The notes below the pieces were generated by a model. That model did no database searches, was not told where the DNA came from, and worked only from the letters and a program-made list of their open reading frames with translations. The position numbers and the translations under genes were made by a program. DNA of 64,000 bases, taken from Okamejei kenojei. Taxonomy: Eukaryota. Every line of letters starts with the position of its first letter. The first letter of the stretch is position 1. This document shows positions 13,125-25,015 of this stretch, piece after piece. The stretch is from NCBI GenBank assembly GCA_035221665.1, contig CM069159.1, positions 35,154,001 through 35,218,000 of the forward strand, read 5' to 3'.

Positions 13125-13526
13125 ATGTCTGCTGTAAGCACGTTGACTCTTTGAAAGAGCTACACAATTCGTCACGCATTACAGCACTTTCATCCTAACT
13201 TCACAAATTGATGCACAAACCCAAGTACATCGGTGTGTCATTGACAGCACCAACATGTCAAGTGGTCAAAGCACGCATGTTCTCCAACAATGGGAAATTA
13301 TCGCCAAACCGCAGTTATTGTAAGCCACTCAACCCACACTGTGGACCCTGAAGTCAGCCACTGTATTCTATCCTCCATTAATGGAGGGTAAGCAGGTGAC
13401 ACAAATTCTCTCCTGAAGTGTTTTGAGTGGTTATGAGAACTCCGCATATCTGCCAAACCTAAGAAATCAATGTGTTTTGTTTAAACTCCTGTTAAATTTG
13501 TTTCAAAAGCACCATGAGACGATGCG

Positions 13527-13799
13527 TTCCAGCTGCAACATGAGAAAACCACTTCATTCCCCTCATTCCTTTACTGTTTAGTTTGACTTGTAACCGCTGG
13601 TTACCAAATATTTCCCAAAAGAAACAGTTCCTGGCTCCTTAGTGTATCGGAACTCTCCATGATAGGCTCCCCTTCTATTGCATTTGATGGGCAAAAGTAT
13701 TTGGCCCATGGGATTGGGCCAAATCCATCCAACCTGCCCTCAGTATGCAACAGGTTCCTTCAAACTCAGTGCCCCGCACATCTCCACACCTCCACTTCA
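13527..13799. repeat. Left arm of a long diverged inverted repeat
   Basis: Reverse complement of 14684-14932, with indels. Confidence 0.9.
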
Positions 13800-14329
13800 C
13801 CTAGCTCATGCACCATTCCCTCACATGCAGCACTAACAAGATGACTGAAGTGGATTCATCCAGAAAATGCAGAACCCCCCCACCCCCCACACCTCCAGAA
13901 ATCATTTGACTGGTGGTTGGGTCATAAAAAGGGATCATGATAGGAGCAGAATTAGGCCATTCAGCCCATCAAAACAACTCCGCCATTCAATCATGGCTAT
14001 TCTATCTCTCCCAACCTCATTTCCCCATAACTTCTGACACCCATATGGGATAGAATGTTTGTATCTCTAACATTTGCAAATTTCCCAAACGTATTCCAAG
14101 ACTATTAAAAGCTAAGCATCTTGTTAAAAATTTAAAGATCCATGTAAAAAAATCAAAATACCTAAAAAAAATTCAAATATTATTTGGTAAAAAACATAAT
14201 TAATTTAACTAAATAAATTTGAAAATGTCAATTATTACAAACATGCCTACCTCCCCATGGTCATTGTTGAAAACAATGATATCCTGTACTTAAAGCCCTT
14301 TATGCAGAGTGAAATATCCCATACCCTGA

Positions 14330-14513
14330 AGATGTTGGAGTAACTCAGCGGGACAGGCAGCATCCATGGAGTTGGATCTCCAGAAATGCCTATAGCTATG
14401 ACTTGGAGGAAGCGGAAGGAGTCGAAGGAAAAGTTGTTGAGGGTGAGGATCAGCTCCGCTAGGCGGAGTAGAGTGTTAGTAGAGGGTAATTGGATGGTTC
14501 TGTGGTCGAGAAA
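14330..14513 (-). mobile_element. Penelope reverse transcriptase fragment (14388-14513) abutting a PLE tail piece
   Basis: FLDHRTIQLPSTNTLLRLAELILTLNNFSFDSFRFLQVIAIG resembles the PLE RT region preceding the G(V/T)AMG motif; adjacent to the ggagtaactcagcgggacaggcagcatc tail. Confidence 0.8.
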
Positions 14514-14683
14514 TGCCCTACCATTATTAGTCATTTCCAAAATGCACACGTAGGGTCCTCTGCTTGTAGGTTAGTTTAGATGTTAACATATCCCCAATGG
14601 TTCTCGTATGTTCTTCAGTTTATGTTACCCTGTTGCTGGAAGGGTAACATAAGGATAACATGACATAAGGGTAAGATGGTTGA

Positions 14684-14932
14684 TGAAGTGGAGGTGGGGG
14701 GATGTGCGGGGAATTGAGTTTGGAGGAACCTGCTGCATACTGAGGACAGGTTGCATGGAAGGATCCCATGGCCCTTTAAATTAAGACTTTAGCCCATCAA
14801 ATGGAATTGAAGAGGAGAGTTTTGATACACTACGGAGCCAGCAACTGTTTCTTTGTGGTAACCAGCGGTTACGTCAAACTAACAGTAAAGGAACGAGGGG
14901 AATGAAGAGGTTTTCTCATGTTGCAGCTGGAA
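14684..14932. repeat. Right arm of the long inverted repeat
   Basis: Reverse complement of 13527-13799. Confidence 0.9.
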
Positions 14933-14989
14933 TATTATGTTACCCCCCCCCCCCTCGTCCAGTCATTATATATAAGGAAAAGGCAGGAT

Positions 14990-15360
14990 CAATGTGGCAT
15001 CCCATTCCCTCCCTGGCCCGATGGAATTGTTACTGTCACGCTCTAATTTATTCTGTCTACAGGATGCACAACAGCCAAGTACAGAGTGCTCCTCTAAATC
15101 TATTACCTTCATCACCAAGGCGGACAGGAGCAGCAACTGCACAAGAACACATCCAAATAAGTCTCACTCAGTGGTAAACCAGCCATCCCTTCCCTTGTCG
15201 CGGGTTCAATATCCTAGCACTCCCGATTAATTTCTTTTCTGTGTTTTGGGAGCACATTCATCATATAGACCGCAAGAGTTCAAAAATGCACAGCTCCACC
15301 GCCATCTTAAGGGCAACTAGGAATTAACGATGATGGCAGGCATCGCGTCCTGGAGAATAA
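14990..15360 (+). mobile_element. Old CR1-clade LINE 3' fragment
   Basis: tctacaggatgcac..aaggcggacaggagcagca..gttcaaaaatgcacagctccaccgccatcttaagggcaactagg. Confidence 0.5.
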
Positions 15361-15935
15361 AAACCATGACGATCCTGCTCCTTCTTGGCGAGCGGCCGAC
15401 GGTGCTTTCAATGTTCTGCAATTATGGGATCATCTTATTTGTTTTTGACACTGGCTGTACTGGAAGGGATTTTAGGCCTTGGCATTCATGGTGCATGCAA
15501 GGAAAGTATATTGGGAAATTAATATTCCAACATGAGATTCTGCCAGGTATTTTTACAGAACGAAAATGCCGTGTTGGCATCATTTTCCATGTTGGAAAGG
15601 ACAGGAAGAACAGTTAATCTTCCCCGTGTTACCGATCTGCTCACTCCCATCATTCCAGCCGATCACAAAGTCAGTCATTAATGAACGAAGATTCAGCTGG
15701 TGCTGCTGTTTCTCAGGATAGTTATTTTAATCCACTTTTACCATTGACGTCAAGTGGAGGTAATGTTGAAGAGATGTAAAATAGGTAGTTATATCCAAAC
15801 GGAAGATCAGGCAAGCTGTAAATCTGGACTATTTAGCAAAACGTGCCTTAATTCAACTTGCTGAATTGTGTTAAAAAGTTTCCATTGGTTTCTGCAGAGT
15901 TTGAATATATAATTGAGTTACAGGGGCACACAATC

Positions 15936-16133
15936 AGTTTGGTTTAGTTTATTGTCACGTGTATCGAGGTACAGTGAAAAGCTTTTGTTGCGTGCTAACC
16001 AGTCAGCGGAAAGACAATACTTGATTACAATTGAGCCATTTATAGTGTACAGATACATGATAAGGGAATAACATTTGATGCAAGGTAAAGCCAGCAAAGT
16101 CCGATCAAGGATAGTCCGAGGGTCACCAAAGGT
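15936..16133 (-). mobile_element. Non-LTR retrotransposon 3' UTR (Rex1/Babar-like); second copy at ~55757-55860
   Basis: tttagtttattgtcacgtgtatcgaggtacagtgaaaagctttt..ccagtcagcggaaagac recurs at 55757-55860. Confidence 0.6.
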
Positions 16134-17431
16134 ACAACTATTTGCCTGTTGCTGTTCTGAGTTGGATGTCACTATAATAACATGCTCTTATTCCGTGCTC
16201 TAGTGTGTGTGTTAGTGTAAAGCCCTTGCACCCATTTATTCTGCCATGTACACTAATTAGTCCACTGCATCTGAGTGTATTACATGACTTATGGTCATTG
16301 CGCCAGCTGTCTATCCTTGCTGCTTTCTCTCGTCTCATTAGAGACTTTGATGGCCACTCGCATATCCTACAAAGCCCCCTCGGACAGCAGACCTGGAGGG
16401 GTTCATTGTAAAGGAAGGATCGCGCTAAATGTGACTTTTGAGAACCAATGCATCTCACAATCGGAATGTTTTTCTTCTTCAGACGATTGCACTGGTGAAT
16501 AGCAAATTAATCAAGTCTCACACATGAAACAATTATTTTACAGGTAATCTTCCTGGAGGAGGTCCGTCACTTCTTTGAGTGTGCGATGCCTTTTTGGTAG
16601 GTAAATGTCTGAATTGTATCTCAACTTCATTTGCCAGCCCTTGTTCCATATGCCTTGGTACCTGTACATCCTATAAATCTATCCATGCCCTTGGAAATTT
16701 CTCAGAGTCCACATGGACAACTGAGTTCTGGATTCCTCTCTGTGGGGAAGAAAAGATTTTGGCACCACATTGATAAATTAATCTTGTTCTGGACTCTCCC
16801 AACATGGGAATGGTTTCAATACATCACCGTATTAAGTTTCTTTATTCATTATAAAGTCCTTGATTAAATCACTTCTTACAAACAGTGCTGCAATACTATT
16901 TTAACACTACGCAGAATTGAAAACCCAAGATCAATTCTGGAACTGGCGAAGGCATTACTAATTTGGAATTTTTTTGCACCATCAATCATTCCTGGTGTCA
17001 CCTCCAAACTCTGGGACAATATGAAGAATATTTATTAAAACATTAAATCTGGGCTTCTGTCAAAAAATATTGAAATAAACAAACATTGGTTTCATATTCC
17101 TTTGCACAAGTTGGAACAATCTAATCGTGAATAGAAATTAGATTTGATTGGTGTTGCATGAGAAATGCTAAACGGGACCTTATTGGCGACTGGCCTTTCC
17201 CCTTTGCTCTGCAAACTTTTCTCATTCTGTCATTTATCCAATTATTTTTGAAAATTATATTTGAAGTTGTTTCCACTGCCCTTTGCATGCAGATCATGAT
17301 AAAAATCACTGATTTACACTCATAGAGCTGTAAAATATGACAGTACAGAGAGGGCCCATGTTGAGTCCATGTTGGCTCTCTTCTTCACAATGTAATTAAA
17401 CCCACCCTGTCTTTGCCTCATAGCCTCACTT

Positions 17432-17605
17432 TGCCACAGACGGCTGTGGAGGCCAAATCAGTGGATATTTTTAAGGCAGAGATAGATAGTCTTGAACAGT
17501 ACAGGTGTCAGAGGTTATTGGGAGAAGGCAGGAGAATGGGGTTAGGAGGGATAGATCAGCCATGGGTTGAATGGCCTAATTCTACTCCTATTCCTTTTGA
17601 CCATA
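17432..17605 (+). mobile_element. CR1 3' end
   Basis: LPQTAVEAKSVDIFKAEID plus CR1 3' UTR. Confidence 0.8.
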
Positions 17606-18354
17606 TGACTTTTTTTTCTCTGTACTTGCCACATTAAGACGTTTTACCTGGCTGGTTCCTTTGCCGCTAAATTGCCCTTCTGCCAACCAATATTTGTTGG
17701 TATTTGACAATTCAAATTAGCAGTTTTTATCAATGTTGGTCAAATCATAGGTGTTGGATAGTAGGGAATGGGGGGGGTGTTGACATTTACCGATCTCCAC
17801 ATTCCGACAGACAAATTAAATGTTGGATTCAATTGAACTTAGTTCCATTCAGCCCAACAATCTGGTGGGACTCAGTGGGTCAGGCAGCATCCATGGAGGG
17901 AAATGTACAACAGTGTTTCATGCCGAAACCCTTCTTTACTTTGAGGAGGGCTAACTTTAACCCAACATTTAACTCATCAACATTAACCACCATTGACTTC
18001 AATGATACAAAACATGAGGCACCCCGTACAACTGAAGTTACTATTCTGGCAAATGTTTAGCATTAGAAACTGAAGAGGAATCTCTCCCTTAATATTAAGC
18101 AGTGTTAACAATGCGGTAAAGGCCAACGCACCCACCAGGTCGGTCCTGCTTGACTGTAATCTGGTCTAGCCTTGCTGCAGCTGGGAGGAACGGAATTTGG
18201 AAGAGAATCAATTGATCTCATGTCTTTGTGAGCAGTGGGCTACAGGCCCGGGGTGAATCAATCCCAGTGCAGGGGATATATTGCAAATCAGAATGTGGAG
18301 TGATGCAAATCAACCGAGAGGATTGTCGGCATCTTCAGAGATAATAAACACTTG

Positions 18355-18517
18355 TGTGTTGGGAGGAACTGCAGATGCTGGTTTACACCGAAGATAGACA
18401 CAAAATGCTGGTCAAGCTTCTTCAGTCTGAAGAAGGGTCTCGACCCAAAACGCCACCCATTCCTTCTCTCCAGAGACGCTGCCTGTCCCGCTGAGTTACT
18501 CCAGCACGTTGTGTCTA
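18355..18517. mobile_element. Inverted PLE-tail pair with hammerhead-like core (18427-18454)
   Basis: Junction cttcttcagtctgaagaag; family tails on both sides. Confidence 0.8.
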
Positions 18518-18750
18518 TGAGAATAAATGCTTCACTGTTTTTGAAACTTCTTCAAATTTAAACTACAGTTGGTAATATTAATACAAAGCCAAATGCACAG
18601 AACAAGATCTCACACATTCTATTATTGTGACCACTCCTCGTCCTTCATTATCTTCTACATTCCTCACAGCGCTCCTCATTCCCTTTGGAAATTCTGAATG
18701 ATTTATCTCAGCTATCATGCACAGTGAGTGAATGCACCTTGCATTTTAAA

Positions 18751-18842
18751 TCTGAAGAAGGGTTTCGACCCAAAACGTTGCCTATTTCCTTCGCTCCATA
18801 GATGCTGCCGCACCCGCTGAGTTTCTCCAGCATTTTTGTCTA
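18751..18842 (+). mobile_element. PLE tail insertion starting at the hammerhead core
   Basis: tctgaagaagggtttcgacccaaaacgtt..; TSD accttgca(t/a)tttaaa on both sides. Confidence 0.85.
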
Positions 18843-19600
18843 CCTTGCAATTTAAAGTTGGTTAAAGATGTGGAGACACCTTCCACGTGAGTCACCAGGG
18901 ACTGGCGGCAGACAGAGTCCAGGGTTAAACCATGGTGATGGGCTTCCAGCTCCCGACCTTTCTTCCTTCCTTGTTATCCCCTACTTTGACCTCGGAGGTG
19001 ACTCTTTCACCCAGGCAGTGCCAAGCTTGATGTTTTAAAGTGCAGCCTTATCTTCCACTGAATGCTCGTGTGGTGAAAGGACATCACTGAGAAAACAGAT
19101 CAGTGTAAAGCAATGGATGTAAAAATACAAATCTTGAAATGCAGGAAACGGAGCAGACTTTGCAGTTGTAATGCAGTGTGATTAACCTTTAGACCATAAG
19201 CACAAAATGGAGGTCAAAAGTTTAAAACCTCAGGAAAGATAAATATTTTTAGAACAATTCTCTTACTTTAGTCATCTGTGTCTAAGTGCCACCTCTCACT
19301 TCCGGTGTCTTGAATCAATTCATCTTTCTCACTTTCATATTTTTTTTTCATTCTTTGTTTTGACTTCCTTTTTCTCTCTTTTTGCCTTTTCCCCTTTCTC
19401 TCTCCCTTTCTTTTCGAGGTCGGATTCATTTTTTTAATGTAAAGGGAACTGTTAGATATGTAATATCCACGGGCAAACAGTTGCATCACAGTCACAGGGC
19501 ACGGAAACAGGCCCTTTGGCCCAACATTAATGCTGACCAAGATTCCTCACCCAAACTAATCCCATTTGCCTGCATACCCCCATATCCCTCGAAACATTTC

Positions 19601-20063
19601 AATAGACAATAGGTGCAGGAATAGGCCATTTGGCCCTTCGAGTCAGCACCGCCATTCAATGTGATCATGGCTGATCATCCCCAATCAGTACCCCGTTCCT
19701 GCCTTCTCCCCATATCCCCTGACTCTACTATTTTTAAGAGCCCTATCTAGTTCTCTCTTGAAAGCATCCAGAGAACCTGGCCTCCACCGCCCTCTGACAC
19801 AGAGAAGTCCACAGACTCACCACTCTCTGTGAGAAAAAGTGTTTAATCGTCTCCGTTCTAAATGGCTTACTCCTTATTCTTAAACTGTGGCCCCTGGTTC
19901 TGGACTCCCCCAACATCGGGAACATGTTTCCTGCCTGTAGTGTGTCCAAGCCCTTAACAATCTTATATTTTTCAATTAGATATCCTCTCATCCTTCTAAA
20001 CTCCAGAGTGTACAAGCCCAGCTGCTCCATTCACTCAGCATAAGACAGTCCCGCCATCCGGGA
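19601..20063 (-). mobile_element. Young CR1 3' fragment nested in an older CR1 tail (~19490-20145)
   Basis: ORF 19743..20030(-) LGLYTLEFRRMRGYLIEKYKIVKGLD..SRTRGHSLRI..HFFSQRVVSLW. Confidence 0.9.
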
Positions 20064-21239
20064 ATTTCCTATCCATGTACCTGTCCAGGTGTCTTTTAAA
20101 TGCTGTTATAGTACCCGCCTCAAGTACCTCCTCTGGCAGCATGGTGGAAAGCAAAAGATTTCATAAGTGGACAAAGGTTTTGTAAAGGAAAATGCGAATG
20201 GAATTTGATGACTATCTTTACCTGGAACTGATCCAGAGCTGGGCACTGGTCTCCTTCCGGGCTCCAAATCTCTTTGGGTCATTACTTTCAATAGGCGTGG
20301 GTTTTGAAAGCAGAATGGAAAGTGCCCTTGCTGCTATGCAATGGGGGTTAGCGCTACCTACTGGGCATGAGTTTCCAGGCAGATGACTCTACTCTCTCTT
20401 TCCCACTCTCCCTCTCTCTTCCCTGCTCTGTTTTAGTCCATGCTGCTCTCCAATTTCAAATAATTCTCTGCTGCTCTTCTTGCCACCTTTTCTATTTGTA
20501 TATGTGCATAGTTGATTCGGACTCGCTTTCACGGCCTGCTTCTGCCACCCTCCCTGTTTTTTTCCTCCAGTCTTTCCCTTTCTGTTTGCCTATCCCACAC
20601 CCTTTCATCCCGTTATGCACTTTATATGATATCAACTGAAACCTACACAACAGCGCAAGAGATCTTTAAACAAATGCTTTAAATGTATTGAAAATACAGT
20701 CTGAAAACTGCATCAAGATCACGTGCAGAGGTTAAGTTTTTGTCGGCACTGATGGAGAATAGGTGTCCACCCCTTGAAGTAATTTATCATTGCATGTAAA
20801 AGATAATTATTTTTCAGTCGGAATTGGATCAACAAGTCAGTATACATAATGATATGAATTCAAGGGGAGGGTGGCTGACGTACTCATGGACTGTGGTACA
20901 GTTTATGTGGCACGTCATGAAGACAACTTACATGCTTATCATTGTTTAGATAGGAAAATAAATGGGGCGGAGTGAGCTTGCCTGTATTCAGGTCAAGGAA
21001 ACATCTATAAGATACAGGGATTTTTTTTTAAAGCAATGTATTGTTATGAACCGGAGCACACATCCTGAAAGGCCAATGGAAACATGTAGGATAGATCGAG
21101 AGTACTGAATATATACTTGGAAAAATCAATCGTTTGACGGATTTGAGGGGAAAGTAGTGAAGGTGGGACAAATGAGAAAGCTCACTAATGGAGCATCACA
21201 GACTCGACAAACTCAATTGCCTCCCACTGAGCAACGTAC

Positions 21240-21630
21240 GGTGCTGACTCGTGGTCAAGCTCGCTTCTTGAGTCAGATATGCATGGGTTCAACTTGCACC
21301 CCAGAGTTAGCTGTAAACTTGAGGATTGCAGCCCGGTACAGTACTGGGACATTATTGTGTTAATCTTTCAGATAAGATGATAAAACCAGACCTCTGTGAC
21401 CTTTCAAGTGGATATAGATTTTTAGGCCAAAATGATTATAATCTTTCTAATTGTCCCTCGTCATGAAGCTGTAAGTGCGTTAGCAATCATTATCACAGTT
21501 CCATTTATCAGATGTTGCTTCATTCAAACTGGCCACTTTGTTTCGGTATAACTTGAACTAAATTGCAATATAAGAAAAGTGCTTTGGGATCTCGTGAGAA
21601 AGGCACCATGCAAACGAAAGTCTTGCTTTT
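21240..21630 (+). mobile_element. Deu-domain SINE relic
   Basis: tRNA-like head (gagtcaga..gggttcaac), cagtactggg..tctttcagataagatgataaaaccag..caagtggatatag, tail aagtgctttggga..gaaaggcaccat. Confidence 0.55.
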
Positions 21631-21774
21631 GTTTGATATGTTCCATATTGCATATTTCATTAGGGTGCAAAAGGAGGTCAGTCTAGCCCATTCTATGTCA
21701 CCTCCTCTTCTGGTTAATATACTCTGTAAACTATCCTCCCCACATTCTCAACTACTCCCTGCTTGCTTACACGC

Positions 21775-21945
21775 TAGGAAGAGTTGAGGGTGGCCAATTA
21801 ATCTATAAATCCTGTGCATTGTTGGGATGAAGGAGGAAACCAAAGCACCCGGGGGGAAAAAACAGGAAGAACATGCAAACTCCAGACAGATAACATCAGT
21901 GGTCAGGATCGAACCCGGGTTGCTGGTGCTGCGAGGCAGCTGCTG
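21775..21945 (-). mobile_element. V-SINE fragment
   Basis: ggtcaggatcgaacccggg (B box on -), gaacatgcaaactcc. Confidence 0.7.
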
Positions 21946-22229
21946 CTCCAGCTATCAACCTCGCTGCTCGTGCACATTCTGCTTGTTGATATAAGCCGGG
22001 CCAAAGGCAAGAAATAACATCAAATAATTGCAGGCTAATTGAGTATGCAGGACAGAGACACATGCCTGTGCAGTGCTGAAACAAATGGCTCTGTGTTTGT
22101 CACCATTAACCTCAATGTTCCCAGAGTGTGGGAGGAGGAAATATTCAGCCTGGATATCTCCACCATCTTTAAGTGATGTTACAATTTCTGTGTGCTCTGT
22201 AGTAACGTTCTGGCTTGTTCTATAAACCC

Positions 22230-22560
22230 CACCTTTGTGAACTGCAGCAGGTTAAGATAATGAACAAAGCTTGTCAAATTTCATGCAGATAATGAGCGCA
22301 GCAGGAACTTTCAGGCTGAACAATCTTTAGCCCTTCCCCTGCGTGTTTGAATTGGTTAGTTATGAGGCCAGTCAACACTGAGTGCATTTGCCAATGAGAA
22401 TAGCTGTGTGGTTCTCTGCGATTGGTTTCCCGGCGCTGGTGATATCGGAGCGTGGTTGGGTGTGTACCAGTTGGAGAGCTGCCTTCTTGCAATGAGTCGA
22501 ACCCAAAGGGAAAAGAAGGCAAGGAGGGAAAATAAAAACAACCACAGCTGCAACAAACAG
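22230..22560. promoter_or_regulatory. Candidate conserved non-coding element
   Basis: Non-repetitive; Sox-like AACAAAG/AACAAT, octamer-like ATGCAGAT-AAT, CCAAT/ATTGG boxes. Confidence 0.3.
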
Positions 22561-23059
22561 AATTTAAAAGCAGTAATCCATCATTTCATGATTCCACGAG
22601 GTTATGACCCTGCCCATAACCTGAAAGGTCAGGGAGATTTGAGCTTTAATTCCGGATTTGTGGCAACAGTAAAAGTCATTGCATGAACCTTTTACATTAG
22701 GGAAGCAGGAACATTTCATGACATCCTGAGTGCTGCTTTATGCTGGTGAGAGCGAGGGCCATGTGTATTGTTTGTGGCTAGGAGGAGGAGGGGGTAATGA
22801 TGTGGGTCAGTGTCCTACGCTTTATTCCCGTGCAGTCACTGTGTGTGTGAGACTGAATGGGCACGGCTGTCCCTGGACAAATATCCCAATATCCCATTAT
22901 CGCTCTAAACCCCAGTTGGATGTGGAAACAAAGGGGTCGATACCCCCTGAATCCTTCATGCAGCAAGGCAGTATAACTTCAAAGACTTGAGGGCAACACA
23001 GAGCTGGGGGCACAGGGAAACACAGGCACAGCTGCCAATGTTACAGTAATTAAAATAGA

Positions 23060-23300
23060 AGAACGGGCAAGAGGCCAGATTCGAGTAGTTCATAGATTGT
23101 AGAAAGATTGTAGGGCTGGAAGAAATTCCAGAGATAAGTTATGAAACAGCTGTGGAGAGATTTAAACGCACAGATTAGAATTTTTAAATTGAGATGTTAC
23201 TGAGCTGGGACCTAATGCAGGTTCAGTGAGCACAGGGCTGATGACTGAACAGGATGTAGGAGAGAGGAGGGTTCAGGGAATAAAGCTTTAGAGGAACAGG
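23060..23300 (-). mobile_element. L2 LINE relic
   Basis: ggagagatttaaacgcacagattagaatttttaaattgag..gtgagcacagggctgatg is the antisense of the L2 ORF2 HITPVL..FKIL region. Confidence 0.55.
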
Positions 23301-23650
23301 CTTTTACTTTTGAAAGAAATGGCGCTGAGGAAGGTCCACCATTACTAACTTACCATGGTAACCGAGGACAGGCAATAAATGGCTCTGATAGTATCTCCCA
23401 GATCTCAAGAACAAAGCATTATTTTTAAAACTGGGTCCACTGCCAATGAAGAAGAGTAGGAAAGGGTCATTGGATTGCTTGCAGTCCGGAGACTGCAGCC
23501 TCTCTGATTCCTTTGAACTGAAGTCTTGGTGACAGTGCAGTGATTCACTTCAAAGAGTAAATATCTTACCCAGCCGGCATCTAGTTATCAAGTGGACTTT
23601 AGCTTCAGAGTTGGTGGCTTCTTGCCAATGAAAGGATGGTAGACTGATTG

Positions 23651-23836
23651 TAGACAAAAGTGCTGGAGAAACTCAGCGGGTGCAGCAGCATCAATGGAGC
23701 GAAGGAAATAGGCAACGTTTCGGGCCGAAATGTTGCCTATTTCCTTCACTCCATAGATGCTGCTGCACCCGCTGAGTTTCTCCAGCACTTTTGTCTACCT
23801 TCGATTTTCCAGCATCTGCAGTTCCTTCTTAAACAC
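23651..23836. mobile_element. Near-perfect palindromic PLE-tail insertion
   Basis: ~60-bp arms centred on tttcgggccgaaa (~23708-23720); TSD tggtag(a/t)ctgattg at 23637-23650 and 23837-23850. Confidence 0.9.
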
Positions 23837-24140
23837 TGGTAGTCTGATTGGTTGCATTGCCATCTCTACGAGGGACAGAGGTTTTGACTGTCTTGTCTAA
23901 TTTTAAAGTGATCTAACTGCAAATAGATTTTTTGAGCATTAGTCAGTGGAACTTTGGGTTCCTAGTTCAGTGGTGACTCAGGATTCCTGTGTGTGGTCAG
24001 CCCATTTGTTAAATACTCTGTGAGCAATGATCTCCAGGGGAGTGTCTCCCTCCACAAGTCATATTCTCTAACAACAGGGAACCGGACCATTCAATCCAAC
24101 AAGTCGACATTGGCACGAGCCCTCCCCAACTTGTCCCCAA

Positions 24141-24525
24141 TGCAAATTGGAGGAACAGCACTTCATATTTCACTCGGGCAGCCTACAACCCAGCGGTATG
24201 AATATTGATTACTCTAACTTAAAGTAACCCTTGCTTTCCCTCTTTCTCCATCCTTCCCCCACCCTAGTTCTCCGACTAGTTTTACTGTCCTTCTGATTAA
24301 TGTTGCTGATTGTATGCCTTGTCATCTTCCCCTCCAATGAACCATTCTAAATTTTCTTAGCATCATCTGCTTTGATCTGCTTTTTTCACACTTTACCATT
24401 CCATATCACTAGACTCCCTCTCCCCTGATTGTCAGTCTGGTGAAGGACCTCAACCCAAAATGTCACCTATTCCTTCTCTCCAGAGATGCTGCCTGACCTG
24501 CTGAGTTACGCCAACATTTTGTGTT
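24141..24525 (+). mobile_element. Penelope element 3' end: ORF C-terminus (24141-24227), 3' UTR and degenerate hammerhead (24437-24464)
   Basis: CKLEEQHFIFHSGSLQPSGMNIDYSNLK* matches the end of the PLE GIY-YIG endonuclease (E..I..L.S..P.G.N). Confidence 0.85.
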
Positions 24526-25015
24526 TGGCTTCATCTCATCCTGTTAGCTTACTTCTATTGCTTCCCCCCTCATGTTTGGCTGCTATCTCTTTAGCTCCAG
24601 CATACAGGATTGTTGCAGTACAGGGAAAGGCCTTGTATCTGTACTACAATGCTTGTATTTCACCCAAACCTCCCCTTGTGGTAGGTTGACATAATAATCA
24701 ATGGGTGAATATATCCCCCTTGAACATTTATTGGATTAATGGCTATTTTATATGTATGAACACACATTTTGAAAAGGAAGCTGCAACGAACACAATAATT
24801 CTGTGTGTTTATGGTTGAGGTAGAGGGGGAGATGCAGGTTGGCGTTCAAACCAAGAGCCCAGGACCTGCACACTGGGTTTGTTTATGAGGAGCAGAAGCA
24901 GAAATCCAGCAGTGATCTTGTCTCCTCCCTTCCTTATTCATTGAGTTCACAACCAAGTTAAATATTATTCTGAAGAGGTTCACGCGTTGAATCAACACTC
25001 AGTATAATATTTAAA

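Noticed and set aside
16470-16605. Possible exon flanked by ttcttcag and GTAAAT/GTAATC
   Set aside because: Signals conflict, there is no coherent reading frame or homology, and support is insufficient.
23588-23842. Near-identical ORFs on both strands (MLEKLSGCSS..)
   Set aside because: A consequence of the palindromic PLE insertion, not genes.
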